64,000 nucleotides of DNA, taken from assembly GCF_009914755.1 (NCBI RefSeq), contig NC_060931.1; one strand, given 5' to 3'. The first letter of the stretch is position 1; each line of letters opens with the position of its first letter. The notes under the pieces were generated by a model. The model saw nothing but the letters and a program-made list of their open reading frames with translations. It did not search any database and had not been told where the DNA came from. This document shows, one piece after another, positions 13,705-27,215 of the stretch. The stretch is from the human T2T-CHM13v2.0 reference genome, Homo sapiens. A program made the translations under genes and the position numbers.

Positions 13705-15038
13705 TATTTTGAGTTAATTTTTTATGGGATATGAAAATTAGGATGAGGTCTGTTGCCTATGGATGGTCAGTCGCTCTAGCACCATTTGCTGAAAAAACTA
13801 TCTTTCCTCTATTTAATCGCCTTTGCACCTCTGCTAAACATCAACTGGATATGTTTTGTGAGTCTATTTCTGGACTCTCTATTTCTGTTCCATTGACTGA
13901 GATTTCTATCGCTCCACTGGTACTACATGGTCTTGATGATTGTAACTGTATAATAATAGTTAAAATAGAATAGAATGAATCTTCCTACTTTACCCCTTTT
14001 TTCAAAATTATTTTAGCTATTACAAATCCTATGTCTTTTCAGATAAAATTTAGAATAGGCTTATCTGTGTTTACAGGAGAAAACAACAGTTCTTTCAGGG
14101 ATTTTGATAGGCATTACATCCAACATGTGTATCAATTTGAGGAGAATTGACATCTTTAATATGTTGTATTTTCAAATTTATGAACACAGTATGTCTCTCC
14201 ATTTACTTAGGTCTTCTATGATTTCTTTTATCAGCATTTTGTAATGTTCAGCATACTTAAAAGCTTTGTTAATTTTATACCTATTTCATTTTGTTTGGAG
14301 TAATTGGAAGGAGTGTTGTGTTTTTAATTTCAGTTTCCACATTTTCCTTATTACTACATAGAAATGTGATTGCTTTTTGCGTCTTTTATCTTGTATCCTA
14401 AGGCCTTCATTACATCTAGCGTTTTGTTTGTTTGCTTTATAGATTACTGAAGATTTCCTACATAGACAACCATGCTATCTGCAAATAAGGACAATTTTAT
14501 TTCTTCCTTTCCAAACTATATGCCCTTTATTTCTTTTTATTGCCTTATTACTGGGCTAGAACTTACAGTACTTTGTTGAATAAGAGCGATGAAAGGGGAC
14601 ATCCTTGCCTTGTTTCTAATCTTAAAGTATATAGTCTTTTATCATTAAGTATGAAGGTAGCTATTGGGTTTTGTAAATGCTTTTTAGTTTTTTATGAAGT
14701 TGAAGAAGTGCCCTCTATTCTTCCTTTGGTGAGAGTTTTTTTTTTTTTTTTCACATGTAGGTGTTGTATTACATCTAATACCTTTTCTGCATCAATTGAT
14801 ATGATCACATGATTTTTCTCCTTTAGCCTGTTCATATGGTGAATTGCATTGATTGATTTTCAAATATTAAACCAACTTGGCATTACTGGAATAAATTCTA
14901 CTTGTTCATGGTGAATACTTCTTTTTTATACATTACTGGATTTTATTTGCCATATTGAGATTTTTAGACATAAGATTATGAGATATGTTGACCCCTAGTT
15001 TTCTTTTGATGTACTGTCTGTCTAGTTTTGAGACCATA

Positions 15039-15208
15039 TTTTTATTTTTTAGAGACAGGATCTTGCTCTGTTGCTCAGGCTGGAGTGTACTGGCACAATC
15101 ATAGCTCACTGCAGCTTCAAACTCCTGGGTTCAACTAATCTTCCCACCTTAGCCTCCCAAGTAGCTGACACTGTAAGCATGTATCACCCTGCCCAGCTAA
15201 TTTTTATT
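15039..15208 (-). mobile_element. Alu monomer (FRAM or truncated AluJ right arm)
   Basis: Single right-arm unit; flanks gttttgagaccata / gttttgagatcata. Confidence 0.8.
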
Positions 15209-16144
15209 GGTTTTGAGATCATAAAATGAGTTGGGAAATATTCCTCCCTCTTCTATATTCTGGAAGTGATTGTGTAAATTCTTTTTTAAATGTTTGGTAT
15301 AATTCTACAGTGAAACCATAGAAACCTAGAAATTTCTTTTTTAGAAAATTTTAAATTATGAATTCAGTATCATTAATGATTATAGAACTGTTCAACTTAC
15401 CTATTTTAATATTTTTTGAGTTTTGGTAGTCAGTGGTTACTGAGTAAAAGGTCATTTTCTGAGTTAAATTTTTAAGAGTAAACTTTTAATGACTGCAGGA
15501 TCTGGAGTGATGTCCCTTGTTTCATTCTTGATATTTGTAATTTATGTTTTCTCTATTTTTATTTTGTTAACCACAATTTTGTTTCCAATGAAACAGAACA
15601 TTCAATAAACATCCAAGTGACTATTCTACAGTAAGTTTGACTCCCCAGACCAGTGATGTGCCAGTGAATGTGCAGTAATGCCCACCGAGTGTGCTACAGG
15701 AAATGCTGGAAGCCTCTTGGGCAAAACCCAGAAGAGGAGAGCATCCCAAATCTGTTTTCAAAAAAAAAAGAGGTTTTCTCATTTTCTGCTTCCTTTATGG
15801 GTGAGAGCCAGCTTATCAAAGAAAAAACAGATGACTCAGTGCCTTAGGTATTTATCAAAGTGTGAAACTGAGGTTTTCCACCTCAGTTTTCTAGCATGCC
15901 AACTCAAAAATGCATATTGCTGAGCCTGGCCTTACACATACTAAAGCGGAATCTCTGTGAGTAGGGCTCGTTATCTAAATTTGAGCCACTTTGTGAACTC
16001 CATGGGAGTCATCCTGCACTCCTCAGAAAGTCTCATTATGTGAATAATAATCCTTTCATACCCTCTTGGTATATGCTTGTAATCCTAAGTCTCAACATCC
16101 AAATGAAGTTTTGGGTGGAGGTCAGTCCTGCAGGGTGACCACCA

Positions 16145-16644
16145 CAAAATCATAGAATATGTTCTCAGACAAGAAATCAATAACTGCAAGACAACAGGAT
16201 AACCTCCAAACACTTGGAAATTAAACAACATACTTCTAAATGATGCGTAGGTTGAGGAAGACTCAAAAAAAAAAAAAGAAAAAACATTCAATCAACTAAA
16301 TGAAAATGAAAATATAACATGTCAAAATTTGTAGGACACAGTTAAAGCAGTACTGTGAGGAAAATTTATAGCACTAAATGTTTACATCAGCGGAGACAAA
16401 ACGTCTCAAATCAATCATCTAAGTTTCTACCTCAAGAAACTAGGGGGAAAAAAAGTAAAAAATAAACCCAAGCAAGTAAAAGGAAGGTATTGATAAATGT
16501 ATGATCAAACATCAATAAATTGAAAATAGGAGAATAGAATCAATGAAACAAAAGCTGGTTCTTAAAAAAAAGTTAATAATATTGATAAACTCCTGCTAAG
16601 TCTGACAAAATAAAAATAGAGAAAACATAAATTACAAATATCAA
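16145..16644 (+). mobile_element. L1 ORF2 5' segment (end of endonuclease region), inverted relative to the L1 at 12085-15567
   Basis: tggaaattaaacaacatacttctaaatga, aaaatttatagcactaaatg and atcaatgaaacaaaagctggttct are L1 ORF2 hallmarks. Confidence 0.88.
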
Positions 16645-18364
16645 ATAACTCCTGCTAAGTCTCTTTAAAACACAGACATGTATTTGGGTGTTTTTTTTTA
16701 TGTTACAACAACTATTTTTAGAGACTGCCAACTACCTAATCCTTTTATAGTATATGAAAATAGTCACTTTCCTCACATAAACTATTTTATAATTTCAAGG
16801 TACAAAAACTTTTAAACCAGTGTAATCCAAGGAGGACTCTTAAATTTATAACTCATCATTGTTATATTACTTAGACTTTTTTTTTTCTTTTATGAGATTC
16901 AAAATGTCATGTGGGAACCTTCTCATGAGAGTACTTCCTTTTTACTTATTTATTTTTCCTAATAAACAAAATAAAATTTTGCTGACACAGACAACAAAAT
17001 GTATTAACACAAATGACAAATTATTCTTTTATTCATTCATCAATAACTTTTTTACAGACAATAATTTATAAATCATTATCTGAGACTACATCTTCCTGTT
17101 TTACAGACCTTTAGACTTAGAGACCTAAGAGTATTTATATTTCAAATTTGGTTCTCATTAATTTTGAATATATGATCATCTATTATAGATGACGACAACT
17201 AAATTGATGTTTATCTTTGTGCTATCTTGTTAAAGACATTCCTAAACAAATTGTTGGTTTAATTATGATTACACAGGGAATGTTTCAGTTACTCTTAAAA
17301 ATAAGCATGCTCAAACACAGAACAAGTACCTGTTGTAGACAAAGAATTGATTTACTAGTTATAATCCACTTGTGTATTTTACTAGAGTAAGTTTTCTTAC
17401 AGGTTTGTAAGACATCTCTGACATAGTTTCATTTATTTATAAGAAATGATACATTTCATATTTTTCATTACCTATGCTGGATTGTGATTCAGGCAAAATT
17501 AATGAAGTTTCAATGTGGAAAGAAATGTCTTCCCACTCAGCATGGGCTGAGGATATCCTAAACATTTCATAGACAATGGCCATCTCTACCCTTAGTGTGA
17601 GAAGAGAGCCAATTTTGTTTGTTGGAAACTGTGCAGAGGGCCCTTTGGGGAGAGTGAATATTACTCGTGTATTTAATTAGTACATAAAAAATAAATGACC
17701 ATACTCAGATCCACAATGAAACTGTGAAAATAAAAACATTTCAGATTTTCAGTACTAATTAGCCCTTTTCACCTTGTGTGTTAAATACTTTTAAATAATT
17801 CAAAATATACTGGGAAAGAATAACCACAGAATTAATATTAGGAACATTGGAGGGCATTTTGTAAGCATCAGTCTAAATAGTTAATAAGGAGAATATGCAG
17901 AAGGGGAAGAAACAATAAATAGGAAAATGTTTGTGTACCACAACAGACACATATCATTATTATTATTATTATATGAAATTTGCAACACCCACTACCAAAG
18001 AGAAACATGGGAAACAAAATAAGTTTATTGTACAATTGTACAAATTACAGTCTCATAGAAATAAGAAATAAGACTTATGTTTTCCAAGTAGGAAAACAAA
18101 TAATCATTTAAAAAAATAACAAAAAATATGTTCTTCCAAGAAGAAATAATAAGCATTTTTTTAAAGTCTGACAGTGTTTTCCTGACTCATTTTGCATGGT
18201 TCATGGAGTCTTACCTATTACTGTCATACTAAAAGCTTAACATCTAAACAAATTAAATTAAGGTAAATTTGGTATCATACCAACACCCAGATGATAAAAC
18301 CTTTAAGTGAAAAGTTAAATTACCTTTTGCATTCTTGTTTATTTCTGAAAATGTAGAAACTCTT

Positions 18365-18480
18365 CCTCTTCATTTATTTGTTCATTTAACAAATATTTAT
18401 TGAGCATGTTAATTTACTAGACTCTGGACACACAATGCAAAGAAAACAGATAAGATTCCTGCCCTCACAGAACTTAAAAT
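18365..18480 (-). mobile_element. L2 3' end; further L2 pieces at ~19320-19700 and ~20560-20720
   Basis: ttcatttaacaaatatttattgagca...cctgccctcacagaactta. Confidence 0.65.
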
Positions 18481-19020
18481 TGTTCTTGAACACCTGTTTT
18501 TATCCAACTTATAAAGTGGATCTTTATACTCAAAGATTTCACACAGCTGTTAGAATGTTTCATTTTTGGAATATTGCAGGGCCTCTTTCTTGTGGGTAAC
18601 ATACATGCAAGTTGCACAATTCTGTAAAGTCAGGTGCAGTGAGAACAGACACATTGCATTTAACATTTTCTTGTCTACATGAGACTATTTTGGTTCATGT
18701 TCAGTGAAAATGCCTCACCTTGCTTTTAGATCTGTTTGACAGAATTTGTTTTTTGAGGTTGTGAGCACTTTGAGTTTCCTTGTTTTAGAAACCTGAGGAC
18801 TGAATTCAAAGCTTGGTTAAACTCAATCAGTCCCTCATTCACTCCCTCTTGAGGAAATACAAAGATCTCTACCATTATAACATGTACATTCTAGCAGAGA
18901 AAGACAGATAAAGAATGGTAGATGTACATGAAAAGGACTCTGGAAGAAAGGAGGTAAACTGGCCAAAGGGGCGATGGAAAGTAGCAGTCAGGGTGGCAGG
19001 ATGAAAAAAAGTAGAAGTGA

Positions 19021-19310
<290 letters not shown>

Positions 19311-19706
19311 GTTGAAGTGAGTCAGTGTAGGCCTCACTGAGCAGAAATGTGAAGGACGTGAGGGAATGATGTGAGTAGATTTTAGGAGGAAGAATGTTCC
19401 CAGCAGAGAAGAATGGCTGGAGCAAAGTTCCCAAGGAGGAACATGCTTGGTGAACAGCAAGGAGGCCAGTGTGGGTGGGGCAGACTGAGCCAGAGGGAGC
19501 AGTGCAAGAGAGGAAGGCACAGGGTGGCTTGGTGGGAAGAGGAGTGGATTATGTAGAACCCCATCGCCTATTGTGAAGAGCAAGGGAAAGCCTCACAGTG
19601 TTTTGAGCAGAGGAATGACATGACTGGACTTGTTTTTAAAGGGTGACTCCAGCTGCTTTGTTGAGAATACACTGAAGGAAAGCCTGCAGGCAGGGAGAGC
19701 TGGTAG

Positions 19707-20555
19707 TGATATTTCCCTTGACCTCTTTGCAAGACTTGTGAAGGGGTGGCTCATTTACTCGGCCCGCAGCTCTAAACCCATCACGGGAAGGGGAGTACTC
19801 AGGTGAGTGGGTGCAGGAACCAGGGCAAATCAACACTGGAACCAGCCAGTTGCTCCTCTCTGGTGGGAGCAGGCTTTGTACAGGAACCACGGCAGCATCC
19901 AAGCATGTTACAATGCTTTTTTAGCTCTGCTGTCTGGGAAGGGGTGTCTGCAACTCCCGGAGCCCCAGAAGGCATGTGTTACAATCAGTGCTCTTTTAGC
20001 ATTTTCCATCTGCAGATGGCTAAGTGTAAACCAGCTCAGTGGAGGGTCAGGGTGACAGCCTTTTACACCCTGCCCTCTTGGTATCCAAGTTTTTGTCCAG
20101 TGTCCAGGAAGAATCAGGTCACCCAAATGAATTGAAGGCTGGTGTATGCAGAGGATTTTATTTAGAGGTGGAAGTGGCTCTCAGTGGGAAGGGGAGCTGG
20201 AAGGGGGACAGAGTGGGAAGATAATTTTCTCCTGAATGACCGAACTCTTCTCGGAAGTCCCGCCATCAAGTCACCCCTCTGAAGTCAACCTGCTTTTCTC
20301 TGACATCTGGCTGCTGCTTCTCTTCTCATCTCTGCTGCTCCACTCTGCTCTCCTGCCAGTGGAGCTTGGGGTTTTTATGGGTACAGGGTTGGGGGCAGGG
20401 TGGGCCAGGGTGGTTTTGGAAAAGGCAACATTTCGGGTGGGAAAACAGGGATGTTAAAGTTCTCATTTTGGACCGCAGGTCCAGGCTTGAGGGTGGGGCC
20501 CTCGCCAGGGACCGCCCTCTTCTACCCAGTACTTCCCTGCCTCCTGTCTGTATCA
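19707..20555 (-). mobile_element. ERV1 solo LTR of the LTR1/LTR27/LTR28 group
   Basis: Minus strand starts TGATACAGACAGGAGGCAGGGAAGTACTGGGTAGAAGAGGGCGG and ends ATATCA; 4-bp flanks gtag/atag; splits an L2. Confidence 0.85.
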
Positions 20556-22554
20556 ATAGGAAGCTCTCACAGAAATCCAGCAAGAGATGATGGTAGCTAG
20601 CATTAGGCTGGCTGTAAAAAGTGATTGGATTTTGTATGTGTTTAGAAGCCAGAATCAATAGAATTTGCTGATGGATTGGATATGACATGTAAGAGAAAGA
20701 GAAGAGTCAAGATGACTTCACTTAGAAATGTAGTGCAAAATGTACCAATCTGTAAGCCTTGACCTCCCTTTAGTTCTATATTTCACATATTTCTAGTGGC
20801 CTTGTTTTCTATTCTAGGAATCTAGTGGGTTTTGGTTTTTGGTGGTTTATTTTTTATTTTTTATTTTTGTCTAACATTTTCAGCACTTACTGATGGAATA
20901 CTCATATGGTAGATGCTGTGGAGGATACACAATGAACAAAACATTAATTTTGTTGTCAGCAAAGATCACAAGAGATAATGCAATTAGAAAGTGAGGTACA
21001 ACACTGAGGAGAAGCAGATCAAATGTTATAGGGAGTCAAAGAAGGGAGATGTTTCTTTGGACTATGGGAAAAGGGGAAGGTCCAACATTAAGTTAGCCTA
21101 AACAGAGCTTTGAGAATATTGTAGACTTGAGGATTGCCAAGCTGAGATGCATTCCATTTTGGCACATATACCCACACAGCCTCAGGTCCAGCGGAGAGTA
21201 AGTGCAGTTTGGCTGGAAGAAACAGCAGGGGAGAAGGATTGAACAAGTTGTCCTCATATTGCACAGTGCTTTGAACCAAGGGGATGACAGAAAAGATCAG
21301 AAGTGTGGGTGTGTGTGAAAGACATTTTCAGAGATAGGACTGTGGGGCTAGCAAGGTATAAGTAAGGCCAGGGATTAGAGTGCTGTTATTGAGAGGATGG
21401 TCATGCCAAAATTCAAATAGGGGCATAGAGAGAAAGGACTTTCTCCTAAAACATTTCCATCTGGACTGCAAAGGCAAGGTGAAAGGGAAAAACTAAGATC
21501 AATTGTTCGACAAATAATTAACATATTCCCTTTTTCTTAGCAGCAGGTTTGGGGGGCCTAATTTTCTTGATTCTCTCTTTGCTTGGAATATAACCGTCAT
21601 TTGTGTGATCTTAAAGACTCTGGGGAAGGAATAGAAGATGGTTGATATAAGACTAATTCTTTTACTATAGTGACTAAAACGTTCAGAAAAAATTTATTAA
21701 ATTCTGAAAGACTAGTATCATCAAGTTTACAGAAAAACTTTTCAAAGCTCATTTGAGGTAAGAGCCACAGATAAGCACCTACTATAGCTCTGTTTAGTTG
21801 CTCCTTTTAAAATTGAATCGAAACGTGATCTGGCTTCTCTGACTGGAAATTTCCGGTTTTTTCCTTAATGGAGCACAGAGGCAGAGGAGGTGAGGAGAAG
21901 GTCACTACTTTGAAGGACTATGGAGCTTAAAATATTCTGGCTATAGACTTCAGCTGAACCAATTTTGTTTTCCATGGTGAAATCTAACCAAACAAAGTCT
22001 TGGGAATGCGCCCAAAGAGCTTGTATTGAATATTTGAATTCTAGAAGGCAAAGAAGAGGAAGAATTGATTATTTTGGCAAAGAGCACGTTGTCAGCAAGG
22101 TGTTTCTTCACCCTTTTGAGTATTCGTGAGTGTCTAAAATAATGACACGCAAACACTAGTGTTGGAAAAAAAAAAAAAACAGTCAGGAGAGAGCTTCTTC
22201 CAGTCCCACATTTTTCAGAGACCTCAGCGGAAGGTTTGGGTAGCACACTTTGAGGGGAGACAGCATGTTTACTAATGAATATGAATAGTATTTCCTTATG
22301 GGCCATATATTTTTCCAGTAGGAAATGGATAATCTACTATGACATTTCAGTGGGTTGGAACAAGATAGATAAATCAAATACAAGTTGCCCTGTTTCTTTT
22401 TCAAATGAAAGATAAATGCCTTAATGGATTAGCAATCATGAAATATATAAGTATTTATAATACAGTACTGCTTTATAACACCATCTGCTAAAGAATGGTA
22501 TTTATCCAGCCACTGATATGAGAGCAGATTTTCTTCCACATTATGCAGGGAGGA

Positions 22555-22800
22555 AGTACATCCCAGTGTTAACGAGCACGCACTTTGTATTTAACCAGCC
22601 TAAGTTCTAATGAAATTCTTCAGTTGACAAGCTGTGTAATTTTGATACAGTTACTTAACCCCACTTTCTTCATTGAGAAAATGGTGTCATAATGATCCTA
22701 CCTTTTAAATTCATTTAGTGCATCAAAGAAGGTAATATATAGAAAGCATTATGCCAAGTGCTTAACACGTGTAAGTACTCAATAAATAATAGCTAGTATC
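22555..22800 (+). mobile_element. MIR SINE
   Basis: agctgtgtaattttgatacagttacttaacc...taagtactcaataaat. Confidence 0.6.
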
Positions 22801-22959
22801 ATCATTCCACTGGCCAAAATTGGCTACACACAAAATGAGCCATTTCAAAGTATTTGGAATGTCTGGAGTGAATGCTTTTTAAAGGAGTACTGAGGAACTA
22901 GATTAATGAGTTTCTCCTCTAGTCCAGGCAAGTGGGTCTCTACACTGAAACTGAGGCAT

Positions 22960-23600
<641 letters not shown>

Positions 23601-23603
23601 AGT

Positions 23604-24297
23604 ATAAAGGAAAGTAAAAAAAAATCTCAGGACCCCCAAACTCCTTTGCAAAAGGGAAAGTTAAGCCTGGAGGCTGAGTCGTGCAATGCCCTTTTCCAAA
23701 TGAAGCTGTTACTGGCATTATACATTAGCCAGATCCCCACAAGGTAAAAGGCCTTGGGCATCTATGAAAGACTGCTCCCACAGATCAATCATGGGCAAAT
23801 CTTTTGCTGGCCTCCCAGAAACAAGGGCGTGCCAATTATAACTTTAGGCCTGCAATGTAAGTCTAGCTCCTAAATCTAAAGTCTGTTGGATTCCACACCG
23901 ATGGTGTAGATTACAAGCTTATCTTTCCAGGTGCAGAACAAAGATAAGAGGAGACCAATTATTTCCACCTACCCAGAGAAACTTGCATAATTTACACTTC
24001 CTTTACTTCTTTTTCTCTTCAAACATTCACCTTATTACATGTAAAATGTAGATTTACCTGGCACTAACTAAAGTCTCACAGGAATGTAACCATCCACTCT
24101 ACCTTGTACCTGGCCCTCTTCCTACATGCTTTCTCTCCCCCTTAAGGAAATGTATATATACTGGACAGCCTGAAAACTCTTGGGAAAAATAGCCACAGCT
24201 GTGTCTATGGCTCGTGTTTTTCCTGGATGTACCCTAAAGCTGGCTTAATAAACCTCCATGATTGAGACTTTTTCCTCAGTGCCTCATTTCCGTTATC
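23604..24297 (+). mobile_element. MER4-group ERV1 solo LTR (LTR29/LTR49/MER4D-like)
   Basis: Start aaaggaaa...atctcaggacccccaaactc...aaagggaaagttaagc; gtaaaatgtagattta; TATA-like tgtatatata; aataaacctc...attgagac end. Confidence 0.75.
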
Positions 24298-25499
24298 TGC
24301 AGAAACTGGAAATTTGGTGGATAACACTGATGACTATCAAAGGGTCATTGATGTGGTTAAAAATAGACAACCTATAGATACTGGCACTTGAGGCCCTCCT
24401 TATTAAGTTAAAAAACAATGAGCCAAAATTGATTCAAGCAGTAGTGATATATGGCGTTTCTGAACTCTGAGTGAGACTGGAGACATATCTATGTTGGTGG
24501 TACATACCACAGGATGCCTTGAGTTTCTGGGACGCCTGGTCCCGTAAGCAGTGCCATGGATTGAGTTCTTCTGTTAAAAATATCCAAAGCCACATTTTTT
24601 CTCTATGGCCTTATCTCACCATTCCATGCTAGTTAAATAGCTTTCTCTGTTTTTATATCACATCTAATGGGTTTAATGTGTTCTAAGTGTATGGCTCCAT
24701 TTGGTGCATTGGATGCTATGGCTGAGAGGTGCCATATAAAAATATTGTTATTGTTATGATGATGAGTTCAAGCACTGGAAGGGAAATTGTGCAATAACTT
24801 AGTACTGGAGCTATCATTATTTTCAGCAAAATGAAGTTTGGCTTCTTACTACACTACTAAGCCTTGAAGATTAAATGGTATCTACAGCATGTATCTTAGC
24901 AATGAGCCAAAGAAGTCCAAAGAAAAAATGTTTGTTATAACAAACATTTCATATATTATAAAACAGATGTTCACTTTTATGTATTCTTGATACTTTAAGA
25001 AGTTGATGATACCCATGTCAGAAATTAAGAAAAAAATCAAATGAAAAAAATCCACACATTTAGGGTATTTTCCATTTATTAAATTTTATTAATTCTTATT
25101 TCCATTGTGATCAGACTGGCCAGCTATGTTAATTACTTTAACCCTTAGTGCTGATCAATTGCCAGTGACCTGTGAAGTTGAGCAATAGTTTGTTTCATTG
25201 CTGTAGAAATGCATCATTAGGATGGAAGGTGCGTGGAGCTCTGGAAAAAGGGACTGTTTAGGTCCCTTCCCTCATGATGATGTGATATTATGTTCCCATT
25301 ACTTGAATATTCATTATGGTTTCCCCCATGTTTTTGGCTACCTCTGTTTCCTGCAAGTGTTTACATTATTAAGTTGGTTTGGTTTATAGAAATGTAGCTT
25401 GAACCTGTATATAGCTAGAGTAGCTTGGGGTGTTTGCATAGATTGGTTAGATTTCCTTTTCACCCTAGAAGAATCATGGGAGGTTTCTAAAAGGAGGTG

Positions 25500-25760
25500 A
25501 GACAAAACCACCGGGACCGTGTTACGGAGGGATCTCAAAACACAGACGGAAAACACCACAGAGCTAGCTTGAGGGATTCTCAGGGGGCGCCAGGCACTAG
25601 GCCCTCCTTGTGCTTTGACTCAGGTAACTTTCGACAGAGGAGATAGTGAAGGCTTCATTCCTTTCAGGGTGGGTGGAGGGAGGTATTGCAGAGCATCCCC
25701 TGACTCAGAGGCATGAGAAATTGGCATGTATTGACAGTGCCGTGAGTCCGGGACTTCCTA
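25500..25760. promoter_or_regulatory. Candidate intronic enhancer/insulator
   Basis: CpG-retaining unique patch with TGACTCA at 25616 and 25701, ACCACA at 25555 and CAGGGGGCGCC at 25581. Confidence 0.4.
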
Positions 25761-25984
25761 CAAGGGTTTAGGTGGCATTTGACAAATTCATTTGAAAACA
25801 GGAGGTAATAACAAGTATTTATTGCACAAGGAATCTAGTGGACTCTGATCTAGAAAGATGGAGAGGACATACTGGTCAGAGGATGGGGCCTCAAGTGGCT
25901 CTCTTCGCGTTCTACTTCTGGACCCCTGAGTTCAGTTTCAAGCTGAGATCATTCTCTCCTTCCTTTGCTCTCTTTCTTTCACCA

Positions 25985-26230
25985 GAAAGCAGTGTGGTCC
26001 AGTGCCAAAGAGCTGGGATTCTGCCACAGGACTGTCTGAGTGTGAATCATAGCCCTGCTCCTCACCAGCTCTGTGACCCTGAGCAAGTGGCTTCCCTTCG
26101 GTCTCTCAGTCTCCCCCATTTGTAAAGTGGGGATGATAATAGGGCCATCTGGGGTTATCATAAGGACTGAGCAAAATGAATGAGTGAAGCACACATAATA
26201 GTGTCTGTAGTAAGTGCATGTTAAATGAGT
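25985..26230 (+). mobile_element. MIR SINE
   Basis: ctgtgaccctgagcaagtgg...ctcagtctcccccatttgtaaagtgggg. Confidence 0.75.
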
Positions 26231-26734
26231 GAAAGAAGTCCTGTGTTTTCATTGTTCCTTCCACTTAACTAGTTAAAAGGTAAAAGGGTATAAAATGAAT
26301 TTCTGGTACACGTCCTGATGCTGTTAGAGACACTAAGTATGTACTTATAAAGAGTGTGGCTTGGGTAATCATCCAACCTCCCGTGCCTCTTTTTTATTCT
26401 CTGTAGGAAGGGGAAACATACCTATCTCAAAGGGTTGTAATGAAGAATAAGCAAAATAAATATTTGAAAAGTGCTTTTTATGTAACACGTGGTTAAGAAA
26501 TGGTTGATTCCTTCCTTCCTTTTCCCTTCACTTTAAAAAACCTTGTCCCTGACAATTAAAGATTTCTACAAGTTAAAACTTTTATCTTTAGCCTGCTCTC
26601 ACAAATCTAAAATGCAGCTAACTTGCTAATGTTCTGGGAAGTCTAGGTCTGAAATTAGCAGGTGATCAAAGCTCAATGAGAGGTATCTAAGTTGCTAAGG
26701 TCATCACTGTAGCAGAGAAGAAAGGATAACATAC

Positions 26735-26975
26735 ATTGAGTATTTACTGTGTGCCTGGTACTGTTCTCAGGGATTCATAAGAAGCAAGGTTTTTAATTCT
26801 CACAGCTTTATATGACACTTTATACCAGTGTCATGCCCATTTTACATGTAAAGATACTGAGGCACAGGTTCAGTAAGTAAATTACCCAAGGAGATGGAGT
26901 CAGTAAATGGCAGAGCCAGGATGTGAACCTAGACACTCCAGCTCTAGAACCCACAGTCTTAACCGCCTTGTTGTA
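26735..26975 (-). mobile_element. MIR SINE
   Basis: cccattttacatgtaaagatactgaggcaca...ggcagagccaggatgtgaacc. Confidence 0.75.
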
Positions 26976-27029
26976 TCACTTCTCAAAAACAACAGCTATG
27001 AAGTCAACAGATCTATATTTGCATCTGTC

Positions 27030-27215
27030 GTGTGCCCTTGTACACATTTCTTAACCTCTCTGAGCTCCATGTTCCTCCTTTGTGATTTAGGCATTAAATG
27101 CATTTGTAAATGTAAAAAAAAAATGTTTAATGTTGTTGTGAGGATCAAATTAGATAACAAACACATAGCATCTCATGTCGGGTGAGGTATGCAGTAAGCG
27201 TTCATTAAATAGTAG
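27030..27215 (+). mobile_element. MIR SINE
   Basis: cttaacctctctgagctc...gttgttgtgaggatcaaat. Confidence 0.6.

Larger units (their letters stand above)
12085..15567 (-). mobile_element. Old L1 (L1MC/L1MB-like), 3' UTR plus degenerate ORF2, interrupted by Alus
   Basis: Minus-strand ORF 13040-13273 (PKAKSKMKIDKLDLI...MKRQATNLKKIFADHI) is L1 ORF2-like; typical antisense L1 T-rich sequence. Confidence 0.88.

Noticed and set aside
16670-18340. Very AT-rich stretch, possibly an ancient DNA transposon; includes the 16-bp palindrome ttgtacaattgtacaa (18028-18043)
   Set aside because: No terminal inverted repeats or transposase frame identified; the palindrome is a tandem of an 8-mer and plausible by chance.
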